The notes: generated by a model from the letters alone, not told the origin. A stretch of DNA of 63,735 nucleotides, filler included, from Sphacelaria rigidula (GCA_964200075.2; 8 parts of 8 records of this genome joined end to end with filler, not necessarily neighbours in it), one strand, 5' to 3'; positions 13,867-27,000 are shown, counted from the first letter of the whole stretch. Numbers and translations are program-made.

Positions 13867-14698
13867 TTAAGCTCTCAAAAAAATATCTCATCGACACGGA
13901 CGAGTTGGGCCATGATCCGTGATATATATTCATTGTATTATCAAGGGACGGTGCCCATCTGCTCGGAAGTCAGGGCCAATACTTTTTTGTTGAATGAACC
14001 CCGTGTCTAGTAATTCCTATACCTAACGGAGATAGCGTCCATACTATAATTTATATTTAACCCCCACTGATGCATTCAGCCGATGACGACGATTTTTGGT
14101 GTGAACAGTCCCTGGAGCACAGGAGGCGATAAATACTCTCACCTTCACTTAATTCGTCATTTATCTCGAGATATGAGGACATAAGTTTCGATTCTAAAAT
14201 CAATATATTACGAGCAGAGGCACTAGATGCACTAAATCGGGGTATCGCGTCTCGTTTATTTTAGTTGTGCCATGAAATTCCGTATGGAGAACCCCTGGTT
14301 CATATTAAACCTAAAAAAACAGCTCTTTCAATTTCCGTAATTTTTGTTCAATTTTTTTCGTGTTCTACGGCAGCTTCGAGGAAAAACAAACACCTGTTTT
14401 CGGCCTTATCTCAATTTGTTAAGCCAATTTTTGGAATTGATATTGTGCTTTGAAACTCAGCATGGAGAACCACAGAGGTATGCTGAAAAAAAATGGGCCT
14501 TTCCTTTGGGAGGGGAGGAGAGGTTCGGCGTGGTTCTTCATCGGATTTTTTTACATGTGGGCCATTTATTGCTACGAGTTTTGGTCCTCGATCATAAGGT
14601 AATATTGCCGTCACATTGTGTCATGAACCCTTCGCACAACTTCACTTAGTAGTCTGGCCTGTTTTTCACAATCGCCCGAGGTTCCGGACCAGCCTACC

Positions 14699-15035
14699 GT
14701 GTGTGTTTGTGTGTTGTATTTCCGTCCCCTTTATCCTGGGCGCAGCAGCCGGAGTCACACTGGAGGAAGGTCAACACAAAAGTTTTTACTTTTTTGTTTG
14801 GTTTTTGTACTCCACCTTCCTTCTGCGATGCTTTCCTTTATTTCTTATCGCGAGAGGCATCCAGTAATCCCTTTCCCTCGTCGACCGTTGAGTCAAATTT
14901 TGTGTAACCACGACATGGTCGCTCTACACTGTTGTGCATGGTGAAAGAAATAATCTCATATCGCTACGGGAGTCGAACCTCACAACTCGACCATCAGAAG
15001 GTTACGTGGTTACCAACTGAGCCACCGGGGCGGCC
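14699..15035 (-). mobile_element. tRNA-derived SINE, copy 1
   Basis: Minus-strand head with A box TGGCTCAGTTGG and B box GGTTCGACTCCC; body shared with four other copies; CA-rich tail. Confidence 0.85.
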
Positions 15036-15762
15036 ATGCTAGTGTTGGAAAAATCCGGTATCTGAATCAGCTGGGCCGAGCAACAGTTTTATTTTTGGAC
15101 AGGTGATGCGCAGTTTCACCCTTAGACCGCGACCCCTCCGCAGGTGGACTGAGTTGCACTGTGCCAGATTTGGGGTGCAGAAGTGCTCTTTGCTCGCTAC
15201 ACAAAACGCATTTTTCATGAACATGTGGATATTTGTTATTTATACAAAAAAAATCCCAGAGAACCCCTGACCAGTTTTGACCCTGCAGTCAATTGTGTGC
15301 AGAGTCGGTATGTATGTGTGCTGTATGTCTTCATTAGATACAACGGCAAGAGACAGTATTAGTGTGTCATCGCTCTCCAATCAACACAATTTACTGCCGC
15401 ATGCTGCTGATGCCTCTGCCTAGTGCTCAACAAAACTACAGACAGTGTTGAGCAATGCTGGCAGCACATGAAGGGTCAGGCCGGCGGCGTAGACCACGAG
15501 CTGAATACAAAACAAGTTACTTGTAACCATGTAAACACAGGTTGATTTCCCATCACCAAAATGAGGCGTGGGGGTGACAGCGAATTAGTCCAATGTAGTC
15601 CACCCGAACCAGGAGAACGTGCTCATTTTGACCACCGTGACTGGTCAGAATAAGCATCCCGCGCCTCTCGGGCCCCGTGCACGGCCCATAATTTTCCGCG
15701 GGAAAGCTCATAACACACATGGTTGACTTGGTGAGCTTTTCGGCTCCTCTGCGGACAGGCAC

Positions 15763-15794
<32 letters not shown>

Positions 15795-15861
15795 ACCCCC
15801 ACCCCCCGCCCACCGCCCCCCCCCCCCACCGCAGCGCCGGACTCGGGCGCAGAGGAGCGTC

Positions 15862-15961
15862 NNNNNNNNNNNNNNNNNNNNNNNNNNNNNNNNNNNNNNN
15901 NNNNNTTAATTAATTAANNNNNNNNNNNNNNNNNNNNNNNNNNNNNNNNNNNNNNNNNNNN
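15862..15961. other. Artificial contig linker
   Basis: N44-TTAATTAATTAA-N44. Confidence 0.98.
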
Positions 15962-16392
15962 ATTTGCTCCAAAGCTGTAGAAAAACAACCAGATATTGTG
16001 GGAAAAACCTCAGTTGGAAATCCTCAGTTTTCCATCAACGGTTCCAAAATGCGGCTGTATTGCGCGACATGAGTGCGGGAGCGGCTTTTGCGATGTAGGC
16101 GAGCTCCCGACTGAAAAAAAATAGCCACATGGTCCTTGGACGCAAATATGGTTAATAATCGAACCCCGTGTACGAGATCAACGTTGTACCAATACTTGAT
16201 GGTTGTCATCGAGTTAATTAACTGTGTCCATCAACTATTAACACGGGGGGTGTTAAGATACGTGACACGAATCAGTGGCAAAACCAGTAGGATGCAGTAT
16301 ATGGTCTACCATTATGCTGAAGCATAACAAACAGTCAGCCATGACGGTACGGTACCATGCTTGGTACTACCGACACAGGAGATCCGCCGTAC

Positions 16393-16674
16393 CTGATTCC
16401 GCTCGTGACGCTACAGAGAAGACATTTGTAGGCACAAATCCAAGCTGCCGTTCGATTGCGGCACTGTCTGCAGCAGTGTTGCTCCCTTCGCATACCTTGC
16501 TGACTGCGACACCTGTCTTAGCCTCCAGGTCTTTGAGCGCTTGTTTTTTTCGTCGAGTGTGGGGACGTACTTCTTGTTGAGAATTTTCGGGGTTGTCCGT
16601 CATGGCGTGTGCTTGTGAGATATGATGGCGTTTCAAAGGAGTAGGCCAAGCACAGGCGGAGCCTGGCGGAGAAA
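16393..16674 (-). CDS. Exon of a DUF501-like protein (partial; 5' boundary uncertain, in-frame ATG at 16603)
   Basis: DSAAIERQLGFVPTNVFSVASR fits the DUF501 N-terminal pattern D..(V/I)..QLG..P..V..VA.R; G|GTACGG donor after 16393. Confidence 0.6.
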
Positions 16675-16902
16675 CTGGGACATGACATCCCAAAGTGAAG
16701 TGTTAAGGGGAGCGTGTAAATTCACGTATTATTATTAATTCCTGGTGAATGTAGTACGAATCGTGAGTAAGCGAACACTCTCAAGCTCATCCGCATCTTG
16801 ATCACCGACTGTGCCCCCTTGATCCCGAAGTGGTGACATTTATTAAGCACCTTCCGCACTTCCTCGAGAACGGGAGGGGTTGAAGCTAAAAAGAAGAAAA
16901 AA

Positions 16903-16990
16903 TCTCGACACTCGGATTCGAACCAAGGACCAACAGATGACCACGGTATCCACTACAGTCTGTCGCTCTACCGGGCTGAGCTATGTCGAG
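16903..16990 (-). tRNA. trnY-GUA: tRNA-Tyr(GUA) with a 14-nt canonical intron (16939-16952)
   Basis: Acceptor CTCGACA/TGTCGAG, D stem GCTC/GAGC, anticodon arm ACAGA-CTGTAG[intron]A-TCTGT, T arm CTTGG-TTCGAAT-CCGAG, discriminator A, downstream T runs, upstream TTTAAAAA and CAA. Confidence 0.95.
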
Positions 16991-18073
16991 TTGTTTTCCC
17001 CTGCTGAATTTCTAGTTTTTAAAGTCTTAGTTCTCACACTTGTCATTTGTCCCGTCGTTTCTCGTCATCACTGTACTGTAGTACGATACAAGCAGACCTT
17101 ATTGTGCGACGTGTCATCTCTGCGCAAGTAGGCGTATATGTCAACCTTCCATGCGAAGTTTTTCTGAATCAGTTTCGATGTACGAGGCTGCTCCATGTTA
17201 GTAATAAAGATACTTCCACACCTTGTCCACACATATGCCATCACGATCCCTGGCATGGCCTACTCTATATCAGTCTATAGAGAGGGGGAGCATATATTTG
17301 CCTGAAGAGTGCTGGTTACTGTCGATTCACTACAGTTCCTTAAATATAAAGAGTTTATGCATGCGTGCGCATTTTCCCCTGGAGAGGAAGATTCGTGTGT
17401 TCACTCAGATGTAAGTAACTCGCATTTAATACTAGCAAATGATCGGGCTTCGTCCCGAGGTCACTTTCCCACAGTTCTCAAGATTGACCGGTAACGAGCT
17501 GAAAACGAAAATTGGATCTGGAACTTTCTTTCTGATCCGTGGTCACTTTTTTTAAGCTTTCGCTCATATATGGGTTGAAGGATGCGAACGTACGTGGAAT
17601 GAGAACACGATATGTCTTCGCATGGATAAAACCGTAGGGAGAAATTTCTCGAATATGAAAATGGCAGACAGGGTGCTGCGGCGGATGCTTCTTGATATAG
17701 CGCAAGCAAGTACGGAGGAAGTATTTTGGGAGCGGGTACTGATACGGCTTTTGGGTATGCTATCATGTCTAGTGTTATAGATTGTGAGGCCCCTTGCGTT
17801 TATTTATTATTTTTTCCCGGCTGAGTGCAGCGTTGGTGGACAGCAGCTCACAGCTGGGTAGCTCTCTATAGGACGGGTGTGCGCGACGTGACTGCTGCTG
17901 CAATGGCTCTCGTGAGTGATGAAAAATAACTGGCATGTATAACTGCTTTCGTGTGTTCGAACTCTTTTGTGTAAGCCCTCGTACAAGTGTGAGGTAGGAA
18001 ATACTTCGCATTTGTGGACGCAGATGTCCTCTCTTCCCAGCACCCCTTCCCGCACCCAACGTGACCCGCTGTA

Positions 18074-18094
18074 ATGGCCCTTTTGTCAAAGTGG
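18074..18094 (+). CDS. EEF1G: eEF1B-gamma putative exon 1 (MALLSKW)
   Basis: ATG in frame with a GTATGC donor; phase-0 join to the CAG acceptor at 18190. Confidence 0.6.
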
Positions 18095-18190
18095 GTATGC
18101 TCAGCACCTGGTGGAGCTCGCGCGAGCATTCTAAGCTTCACCGTCCCCCGCCTGCTCGCTTGCTGATTGCCTCATCAATCCGCAAAACAG

Positions 18191-18361
18191 AAGCTTTGGA
18201 CGAACCCGGCCAACTTCCGCGCGTTCAAGGTGCTGATCGCCGCAGAGTACAACGGGGTGGACATCGAGGTCCCTGAGTTCAGCCACCCCAGCGACAGCAA
18301 GTCTCCCGAGTTTCTGGCCAAGTCTCCGCTTGGGCGCGTGCCCGTCCTCGAAACTCCTCAG
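18191..18361 (+). CDS. EEF1G: eEF1B-gamma exon 2 (GST N-terminal-like domain)
   Basis: KLWTNPANFRAFKVLIAAEYNG...EFLAKSPLGRVPVLETPQ; AG/GT boundaries. Confidence 0.93.
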
Positions 18362-18911
18362 GTATAGGGGTCTTCTGCTCTTGCCTGCAACTCTCTCGTC
18401 ATCGCACTGTGTTCAAAATTTCACCTGCCCGTTGACATGCTGAAATCGTTCCGCTCTCAGTGAATCGCTGGTCTAATGCAACCAAGAGCTGTTTTCACGG
18501 CGTGTGAACTGCTACTGATTATTCATGTACAGTACGTGGACCGTCAAAACAGACAGCAGTATGGGTCATGTGGTGTACCGGCTGCGGTACTGGTGTGAAT
18601 CCCTGCAGGCATAGCTGCACATGGAGCAGGCATTACATGCTATTCTCTGATGCCGGTATTAGTGCAACTCGGATCAAAGGAATTGTAGCGATTCCGGTCT
18701 GCTCCCAAGATTCGGGTGACAATCGATATCGACTTGGTACTGTCACTGCTGCGGCCACTGGGGCTGTGGGTGAGCGGCTTCTCCAGTATCTTCGAATCGA
18801 TATCCAGCCATCGCCCATGCACTGGTTTGACTGATTCACCCCACGCTATCTTGCTGCAACTTGATGTGTGCCGTCGCCTCATTGCTGGATGACCGCTGTG
18901 CTACTCGGCAG

Positions 18912-19007
18912 GGCCCCATATTCGAGTCCAATGCCGTCGCCCGGTACGTTGCGCGCATGCGGCGCGACACCGAATTGTACGGCGTCTCGTTCTTCGACTC
19001 GGCTCAG
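18912..19007 (+). CDS. EEF1G: eEF1B-gamma exon 3
   Basis: GPIFESNAVARYVARMRRDTELYGVSFFDSAQ; AG/GT boundaries, phase 0. Confidence 0.93.
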
Positions 19008-19950
19008 GTATCTCTCTCGCATGGTCCACCTGCCCTGTACACGATATAATCCTGCGAAAGTGCTGTTCTCCCATATCGTCCTTCCTCAAAATGGCGCATT
19101 CGTGCCATGAGTACATGGAGTTCGCGGGGGGTTTGCGGTGATCGGATATGGCTCACTTTCATGAACTGTTGCGTCGTTGTGACCAAAAACATCAATATTG
19201 ATCTCGTCCTCGCACCTGATGTGGTACACGAAGATTTCCATGAGGCGGCAAGAGTACTGGTGTGGCATGGAGACCCGCCGCACGTCATGGTGAGGGTTCT
19301 GAAGAGGATGATTCCACCCGACCAGTAGCCGATGTATATTGGATAACTTCACGAGCTTGCCGAGTCCCTTTAGTACCGGTTTCTGGTCCACGTGTTCGTA
19401 TTACTTGAAACCAAATAGGGAATGTTGGGGAGAGGGAAGGGTGTGGTATGTGGCGTAATGCCGAAACCGATTGGTGTGTGATTTTTTACATGAACCATTA
19501 CGCCGGATATTATGGCAAACAGATCTTTGGCCCACAAATGGATCGCATCTTTCAGTCACTTTGTGACCCCCACACACATCTCGAACCCTTTGCATCACCC
19601 CCACAGAGAGGAGCCTATTCCGCTCTTCTGACTCGCCTGGCTCCGAGTTTTTCCTTGATCGAAGACAAGACAAGAAATTGTGTGCAAAATTCTGTGCTTA
19701 CCGACCCCCTCCAGTTTGCCCAATTATCCGTGAAGATCGCCGTAGATTTTTTTGCACACGGATTATTGTCCAGTGGTGGCTCTCGAAACCTCGGAGCCAG
19801 ACGAATCTGTGAAGCAGCATGGGCTCCTCTGCGGGGGTGGTGCAAAGGGTTCAAGATGTGTGTTGCCGATATTCCCTGTTTTGGGGTGAAAAAGTCGCTC
19901 AAACGTCCCAATAATGAAAAATCCGTGGGGCTAAAAATTTGTTTGCCATG

Positions 19951-20318
19951 ACGTCGGACGAGTCATCACGTCGAGGCGAGTGCACTCGTGGATGTTTTTC
20001 GAAAACACAACGAGCAATGACTCGAGCGCTCGAGTCATTACTTTTTTTACAACGAGCAATGACTCGTGTGCTCAAGGCATCACCTTTTTCCACAACAAGC
20101 GACGACGCGAGTGCTCGACCTATTAATTTTTCCACAACGAGCAATGATTCGAGTGCTTGACCTATTCGTTTTGTACAACGAGTAATGATTCGAGTGCTCT
20201 CCCTAATCAATTTTTGCACAACGAGCAATGACTCGAGTGCTCGCCCTATTAATTTTTCGGCCAACGAGCAGCCCAACGAGTTCGTGTACCACGAGTGCCA
20301 CTCGTGCTCGTCCGACGT
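19951..20318. mobile_element. TIR-bounded MITE with an internal ~42-bp tandem array, in eEF1B-gamma intron 3
   Basis: ACGTCGGACGAG...CTCGTCCGACGT ends; six CAACGAGCAATGACTCGAGTGCTC-type units; partial second copy ~20745-20876. Confidence 0.75.
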
Positions 20319-21442
20319 ATGGAATATTTCGGTAATAGCCTCACTTCCACCTCGGCCATGTGCTGTGGATTATTTGACGATCTCAACGCCTGATATGTAT
20401 GTAAATGTATTACACCCTGGACAAGAGCTCGTATACAATTTAAAAAGCATGTACTTACTGTGCACAGCATGGAAGTTACTGTGCACAGCATGGAAACTAT
20501 TGCCTTCCGCGACGTGCACAGTACTTCGACAAAAGTGGGAACTGCGCGCAATATGACTTCGAGACTGTAAAAATCTCCACGCGGTAAGAAGTGTTACAAC
20601 CGGCTTGCGCCCCATAGCGGCGGTGCCACCATACAGCTCTGCTCAAGATACAGGCAGGAATTATAGCGGAAGAGGCGACCTATCACTCTTGCGTGCGCTA
20701 CCTATGGCAAATGCACACTTGGTAGCAACACCGACCGCTGTACAGCAATGACTCGTGTGCTCGCCCTATTCATTTGTTTCCACAACAAGTAACGACTCGA
20801 GTGCTCGCCCTATTCGTTTTTCGGCCAACGAGCAGCCCAACGAGTGCGAGTGCCACTCGTGCTCCTCCGACGTATGAAACCGTCTTATTTTTGCCTTGAT
20901 TTTCGGCAAGTACTCGTTTTGCGGTATGTCTGTACTACAATTGCACGATTGCAATACCGTCGTTGAATGTCTTCATTTCAGTTGGGTTGTGGTTGCAGGC
21001 ATGTAAAAAAAACATGAGGGCATATCGAGTGAGAGAAGTGGGCCAGACTCCTCTTCGTGCGGTGATCCATGATGCCGATAATGTGACTGAACACGGTACA
21101 AGTCAAGATCCATCATATGGTGCTTTTTGATGTACTGACGTCGTGTACCGCGTCGTTCAGTGTCAACTTGTATGGCGTGTTCCAGCTTGAGCGGATTTTA
21201 TTTATGCCGATGTTACTGAGGGTTCAAGTTTCGAGCACGTCAGAAGTGGCACTACCAAACGAATCCCAAGCTTGAACGCCTGGCAAAAACAGGGCGTGAT
21301 GGACACAGTCTCGGTGCAGGTGCCATGACGTTACCGAAGGACCGCATGGAACGTCATGCGTTTCACTTGCTTGTGATGAAGTGTTTGACTCTACCCCCTT
21401 GTCAGCATGCTGATGTCCTTACGATGTTGGTTCATCCGTCAG

Positions 21443-21616
21443 GTGGATTCGTGGATTGATTTTTGTGCCCACGAGCTTGAGCTCCCTGCAACCATCTGGT
21501 TCTACCCAGTGATTGGGTACATGCCTTACAACGCGGCTGCTGTAACCAAGGCTAAGGAGGATCTTGCCACTGCTTTGGGCGCTCTGGAGAAGGCCCTGTT
21601 GGAAAGGACTTACCTG
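21443..21616 (+). CDS. EEF1G: eEF1B-gamma exon 4 (GST C-terminal-like domain); gene continues beyond the contig
   Basis: VDSWIDFCAHELELPATIWFYPVIG...LEKALLERTYL; AG/GT boundaries. Confidence 0.93.
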
Positions 21617-23525
21617 GTGAGAACTGTTCTGATTTTTGTATGGTGTGTGTGTTTCTCCTCCACTAGGTGTACAGTAGCACCTTTTCCTTGATTGTCGATT
21701 CAATGGTGGGTGTGTCTCGCCCTCATCACGTGCATAATAGCACGTATCTGTTGTTGAGTCGAGAAGGCCAAGGGAGCGTTCCACGTGTCGGAAGTGAGGT
21801 TGTTCATCCCCACGCCCTAATGATTGCTTACTCTTGATTAGTTCCTTCGGAAAATGACCCTGAAGACTTGTCACGGATGCCCCAATATCTCACGTCGTTC
21901 ACCAACCTGGAAGGCTGTTCGCACTCGAGTACTCAGCCTCATATCGGCACATTTTCCTAGTATGGGAAGTCTCACAGGGCAATTTCTCTGTGAAGCAGGG
22001 GTGTGATTGCGTATGGTCCCGTGATTCGAAAATAATCGGAGAATCAATATAACCACAGGTGGACATCTTATTCGCCATCAACTGCGCAGATTCATGCCCT
22101 TGATTTAACCACGAAATTCGAGGAAGTGCGTTTACCGTACCTTTACATCATATTTTCCTCGCTGCAAGGGCAGGTCGAGTAAGGTATACTCAATTGCGGG
22201 GTATTTCGAAATTCGTACTTGAAAGACCCAAATTGGGGTAGGGTGTTGAGGGTCGCTCTTCAATTATTCTTCAAGTATCACTGCTAACACCCTACCCCAA
22301 TTTGACTACTTTCAGTACAATTTTCAAGATTCCCCGCAATCGAGTATACCCCACTCGACCTGCCTGTCCTTGCCACGTTGCAATGAGGGTAAAACGGAAA
22401 AAAAATCACCAAAAAGCAGGGCACGACATTCATGTGGTTCGAGAAATGGGCGAATATCGCTGTACATTGAAAGCAACCCCGTTTGTTGAACAAATAATGA
22501 TCAGTGGCATCGTTGCGCACCCGGAATTCATTGGAATATGATGTACACACCACCCTTGAATTCGCTTGTATGCACTTAGAATCTTGGTGATATGACACTT
22601 TCCTGTTTTCGTGAGGCGACGTGGTCCATCTTCAATGTTGTGCTCGGGGAGAGCGTACTCGAGTGATTTCAGGGGGGATTCTGCAAGGGTCGGACAAATT
22701 ATGATTCGTACAAAAAATAGTTGGTTGCAGTATCTCGACTCGACTCGTGACGAATCAATCTCTAGGCTTGATTTCACCGTTGAAATCCAGGTACACGTAG
22801 GCCAGACACGTGGAATGGCGTAAAAGTTGCGTGGACACTCCTTGGACCAGTGATCAACCTTCTTCTCCCTTCCGGGCAGTAAGGTCGAAGAAATCGTGAA
22901 TTTGGTGATTCTTGGTCGTGATGATCGTCCTAACCGTGAACGTTTTTGCCGTGAAAGTTGTTTGCTCCACAACAAAGTGGCCTGGAAGACCGAGCGCCCG
23001 GTCATACCCACGACATGCATAACCACGGTTCCATTTTCTCTCAACCCAAGCAAAATATGGTCATGCTGTGCTGCTGATGGTCTTGCATGTAATTTGGCGC
23101 GTGAGGAGCGAGAGCAGGAAAAATATTCGATTCGCCAGGATGCATTCCTCGTATCAAAACCTCAAGAATGGCCTTCACCGGGTTGACTATGCACGTCTGG
23201 TATGACGGCAATTTGTTCAGTATTGCAGGAGCTACGGCAGGTCACGTTGGCTCATGGGGCACACTCAATCGTTTTGTCTCCGTCACGAATGCCTCTATAT
23301 AGAAATCACACCAAGGATACGATTCCCCCCTACTTGGCTTAACAAGATGAGTCCAGCCATTATTGACATCAGGTTCGAGATTTGAGACCCGAAATTGTTT
23401 CAGAGGGAGGAGCTCATCCATCGCACGAAGGCCATACAACCCGTACGTCGAGATGCTGTAAAGTTTTTTTCCCTGGGATTCATACGGGCTGGGCCATCCT
23501 AGAGGCTGCATGGACGTTTGCAGGT

Positions 23526-23792
23526 GGATGCGCCGGCCAATATTTGGAGTTGGGCCCTGAAATTTGGTATGGATAATGCATGGGGCATAATGAAAAGTCG
23601 TGAAGAAGCACATTGAGTTTTTTTTTTCGTGAGTCAAGGGCGTTTTGCTACAATCTGAAAACTGGTTATTGCCCTTAACTCACGAAAAGAAACATGAAAC
23701 CTTGATGTGCTTCTTCAAGATTTTTTATTATTCCCCATATCTTATCCATACCAAATTTCAGGGTCTAACTCCAAATATTGGCCGGCGCATTC
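23526..23792. repeat. Imperfect inverted repeat, ~115-bp arms, ~30-bp spacer
   Basis: GCGCCGGCCAATATTTGGAGTT..CCCTGAAATTTGGTATGGATAA mirrored; core TTTCAG(G/A)GTCTAACTCC recurs at ~30725-31345. Confidence 0.75.
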
Positions 23793-23841
23793 GCCTTTTC
23801 AAAACTGGACCGGTGGAAATTCGGAACAGTATTTCGCAGGC

Positions 23842-23941
23842 NNNNNNNNNNNNNNNNNNNNNNNNNNNNNNNNNNNNNNNNNNNNTTAATTAATTAANNN
23901 NNNNNNNNNNNNNNNNNNNNNNNNNNNNNNNNNNNNNNNNN
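23842..23941. other. Artificial contig linker
   Basis: N44-TTAATTAATTAA-N44. Confidence 0.98.
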
Positions 23942-24022
23942 GTACACAATCCCGGGGAGCGGTTGATTCTCATTTCAAAATACGTTCTCATTTTTCTGGC
24001 AACCCTGTTATCTGCTGCAAAG

Positions 24023-27000
24023 GAAACGGTTGCGGCTGTCGTAGCGAGGCTTCTGCGGGAGACTAAGCCAGGGAAGATGGAGTGCAAGATTTGCAAGCAG
24101 CCTTTCGACAGTACGGGGAGGGGAATGTGAGAGGCTCAGCTGAAACAGCACGAGGCGTCTGCGAGGCACAAGTGCGTTCTGTTCGTCAGGGTTTGAATTT
24201 CTCGCGATATCGTTTCTCCACTTTCTCCGTAAAACAGCCACTCGTTCATATCGTCCGGCTTAGGCCGCGCAAGGAAAAGTACGCTGATGAACTCTGTGCC
24301 CAACCTATGCATATGCACCTTTACCTAAACTTGTAACATTGTCTCTTCGACGGTGTGACCTGCGTGTTTTGTTTCGAACTTGTGCGATAGGAACGCGACA
24401 AAGTCGTAGGATGAGGAAGCCGAGCTTCCGATTGCTACCATAGCAACAAAAACCCCTGCCGGCGAGTGGATCTGCTCGTGCGATCACGTCTTCGGCAACG
24501 ACGTGAAAAAGCTGACCGAAGCCGTGGTCCGACGACATACGAATTCGGAGAACCACAAGTAAGGTTCCCGTCAGCGCGTGCGTGCGGTGTTATCGAAACC
24601 TAAAAATTTTGGATGCGCGCGCGAGAAAAATAGACCCCTTTGTCATCACAGAGTCTGAGAGTGCTATCATTTTTGCAAATCTCGCTAACCACCTGATCGA
24701 GCTGACAAAAGTTGCTCAAACGTTGAAGAATCGATGGCCGCTTTTTGTTGCAGTGTCACATGGCCAGGAAGCGAGTGGTGGTGAAGAAATCGACTAGCTC
24801 CACAAAAACGATGTTGGACTTTTTTTTGAAGAACCCAGATGCCTCGAGCGGACCTCAGACGGACAGCAGCAGCTACATTAGATACCGCAGCGGCTGACAG
24901 AAGAGGCACAGAGGCCGCTGATGTCGAGGTGGTCGTCGGCAGCGATGTTGAGACCGGAAGCTGTCGTGGTTTCGAACATAGCGACGTCATATTGGAGACA
25001 TTTGACCCGCTGTCATCCCCTGCAGAGCCCACGACCTTGGAGTTGCCGGCGGATCGCTTTCCCTGCTCGGGCTATAAACTGAACATCCCCTTTCCGGCTC
25101 CCCGGAATTATCCCATCGCTGTACACGACGGGTCTCTCGGACACTGCCGCGTGCCCTGGCGCGCGGTCGTCACGACCGATTCCGTCGTTGTTCACGCGGA
25201 GTCGGTTGTTGGCGAGAGTAGCGAAGCATGCGCCGTGTTTGTTGACGAGGAAGGCGCATCTTGCGCGAGCTGTTCAAGGCTGGAATTCAACACTCTACTG
25301 CGGGGTATGCGGCTTTGTATCACCCGAGCTTAGTCGTGTTCACCATGCAGTAGCCTCTTGCAAGTGGGTAGGATTACTCTAACTTGGTCGAATTGCTCTT
25401 GTAATTTACTGGCATGGGTACATAATACTGTTTACCACACCAGCGACACTGATATCACACATCTTCCTCGCCGACAAACGTAGCAGAGCGCGTTTGTTGT
25501 TCTGTCTTGAGAGGAAAACATGATCAGCTTTCGTCGTTTCAACCAATCCCACGGAAATGAACCCGGAAGAGTGCAGCAACAAACATTCGTGACGACGAAA
25601 GCGTGCAACCAATAGCTTCCCGGAAGTCAGCTACACCTCATTCTTTGTTCGCGTCTGAATAACCGCATAATTGTCGCATACGTTGCCATCGCCAGGTATT
25701 TGCGATCGGACTATGCTGTCCGTACAGGACCCGGGAGCCCGACACCTTAATTACCGCTATCTGACGCCCAGTCAGAGCGAAGAACGGGGGCGCCTGTATT
25801 CGAGGCGAGCTGACGAGGGGCGACTGCTACAATTCAACCTCATGAAGGAAGCGATGAGAATAGCAACGAAGCTGGACACCATGAAGCGCTTTGTGCTGTT
25901 CCTCGGCAACAGAGAACGTGGGAGTGGGATCGGACCCAACACGAAGGTCTGTACTGTGAGAGTCACGCGATATTCTCAAATCTTGCCATACCCCTCGATC
26001 CTCGCATGAGCATAAACTTCAAAACGTTCGTGTTCACCCGTGATGAGCCCCGGGGACTGACGGACGCTCTTCTTTGCGCCGTTGATGGGCTGGAGGGTTG
26101 GGGCTTCCTTCTAACGCAGCGGTGGCACCAGGTCAGCGAGGTGAACCCAATGCCTATTCACGAGGAGTTCACGCATTCCCGTCCGTTGGACGACTCTGCA
26201 TTGTGTGCAGGGGGGGGGGGGCGCAAACGATTACCTTGTATGCGCTACCTGTAACGTTGAGGTGAAGATAACAAAGATGCGCCACCATGTCGGCGGCCAC
26301 ATGCTTCAGAGCGAGGAGTTTCGGGAAATGAGTTTTTGCGGGTTTTGTGACCGGTCAGGCCAGTGCCGGTCGTCGATCAAGCCTCCCGCCACGCGTAACG
26401 GGGTCGGCACCGTCCTCTCTAATTGTCGCTACGCTCCCAGGGCGGACATGCGGGGTGAGGTAGTACACCTGCGTCTGTCTTCAGCGAAAGTGTCGACCAA
26501 GTCGACTCCCTGTACCAACTTACCCATGCTGTGCAAGTTTTGCGAGCAACCTCAATACGTCTGGAAGTACGGGATGGGCGATCATGTGGCTGCGGAACAC
26601 GCTGACAAGTCCGCCCTGCTCCAGAACGATGACGAGGCCAAGGCTTTCGTCTAGGAATACACTGTATCCGAAGAGGAAAAACATCTTGTACTAGCCGCGT
26701 TCAAGGAGTCTTCGAAGCCGAACTCTGGGGCGGGAAGGGGTAGACCGCGCAAAACGGCACACAAGACGGCGACGAGGTTGATTGGAACACGACAGTACGG
26801 GCGACGGCAACCCGAGACGGGAGCTGCAATTGAGGCGAGTTCCACAGATGCCAGTGTGGATGACAGCAGGGATGAAGACGAGGATGGGGGGGAGGACGAG
26901 GAGGACGAGGAGGACGAGGAGGAAGATGCAGAAAAACAAGAGGAAGAGGAAGACGAAGACGAAGACGAAGACGAAGACGAAGACGAAGACGAAGACGAAG

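Noticed and set aside
14960-15035. tRNA genes at the SINE heads
   Set aside because: No complete cloverleaf, and each is attached to the same repeat body.
20008-20275. CRISPR-like repeat array
   Set aside because: Units are degenerate and contiguous, the intervening parts resemble each other, there are no cas genes, and it lies in a eukaryotic intron.
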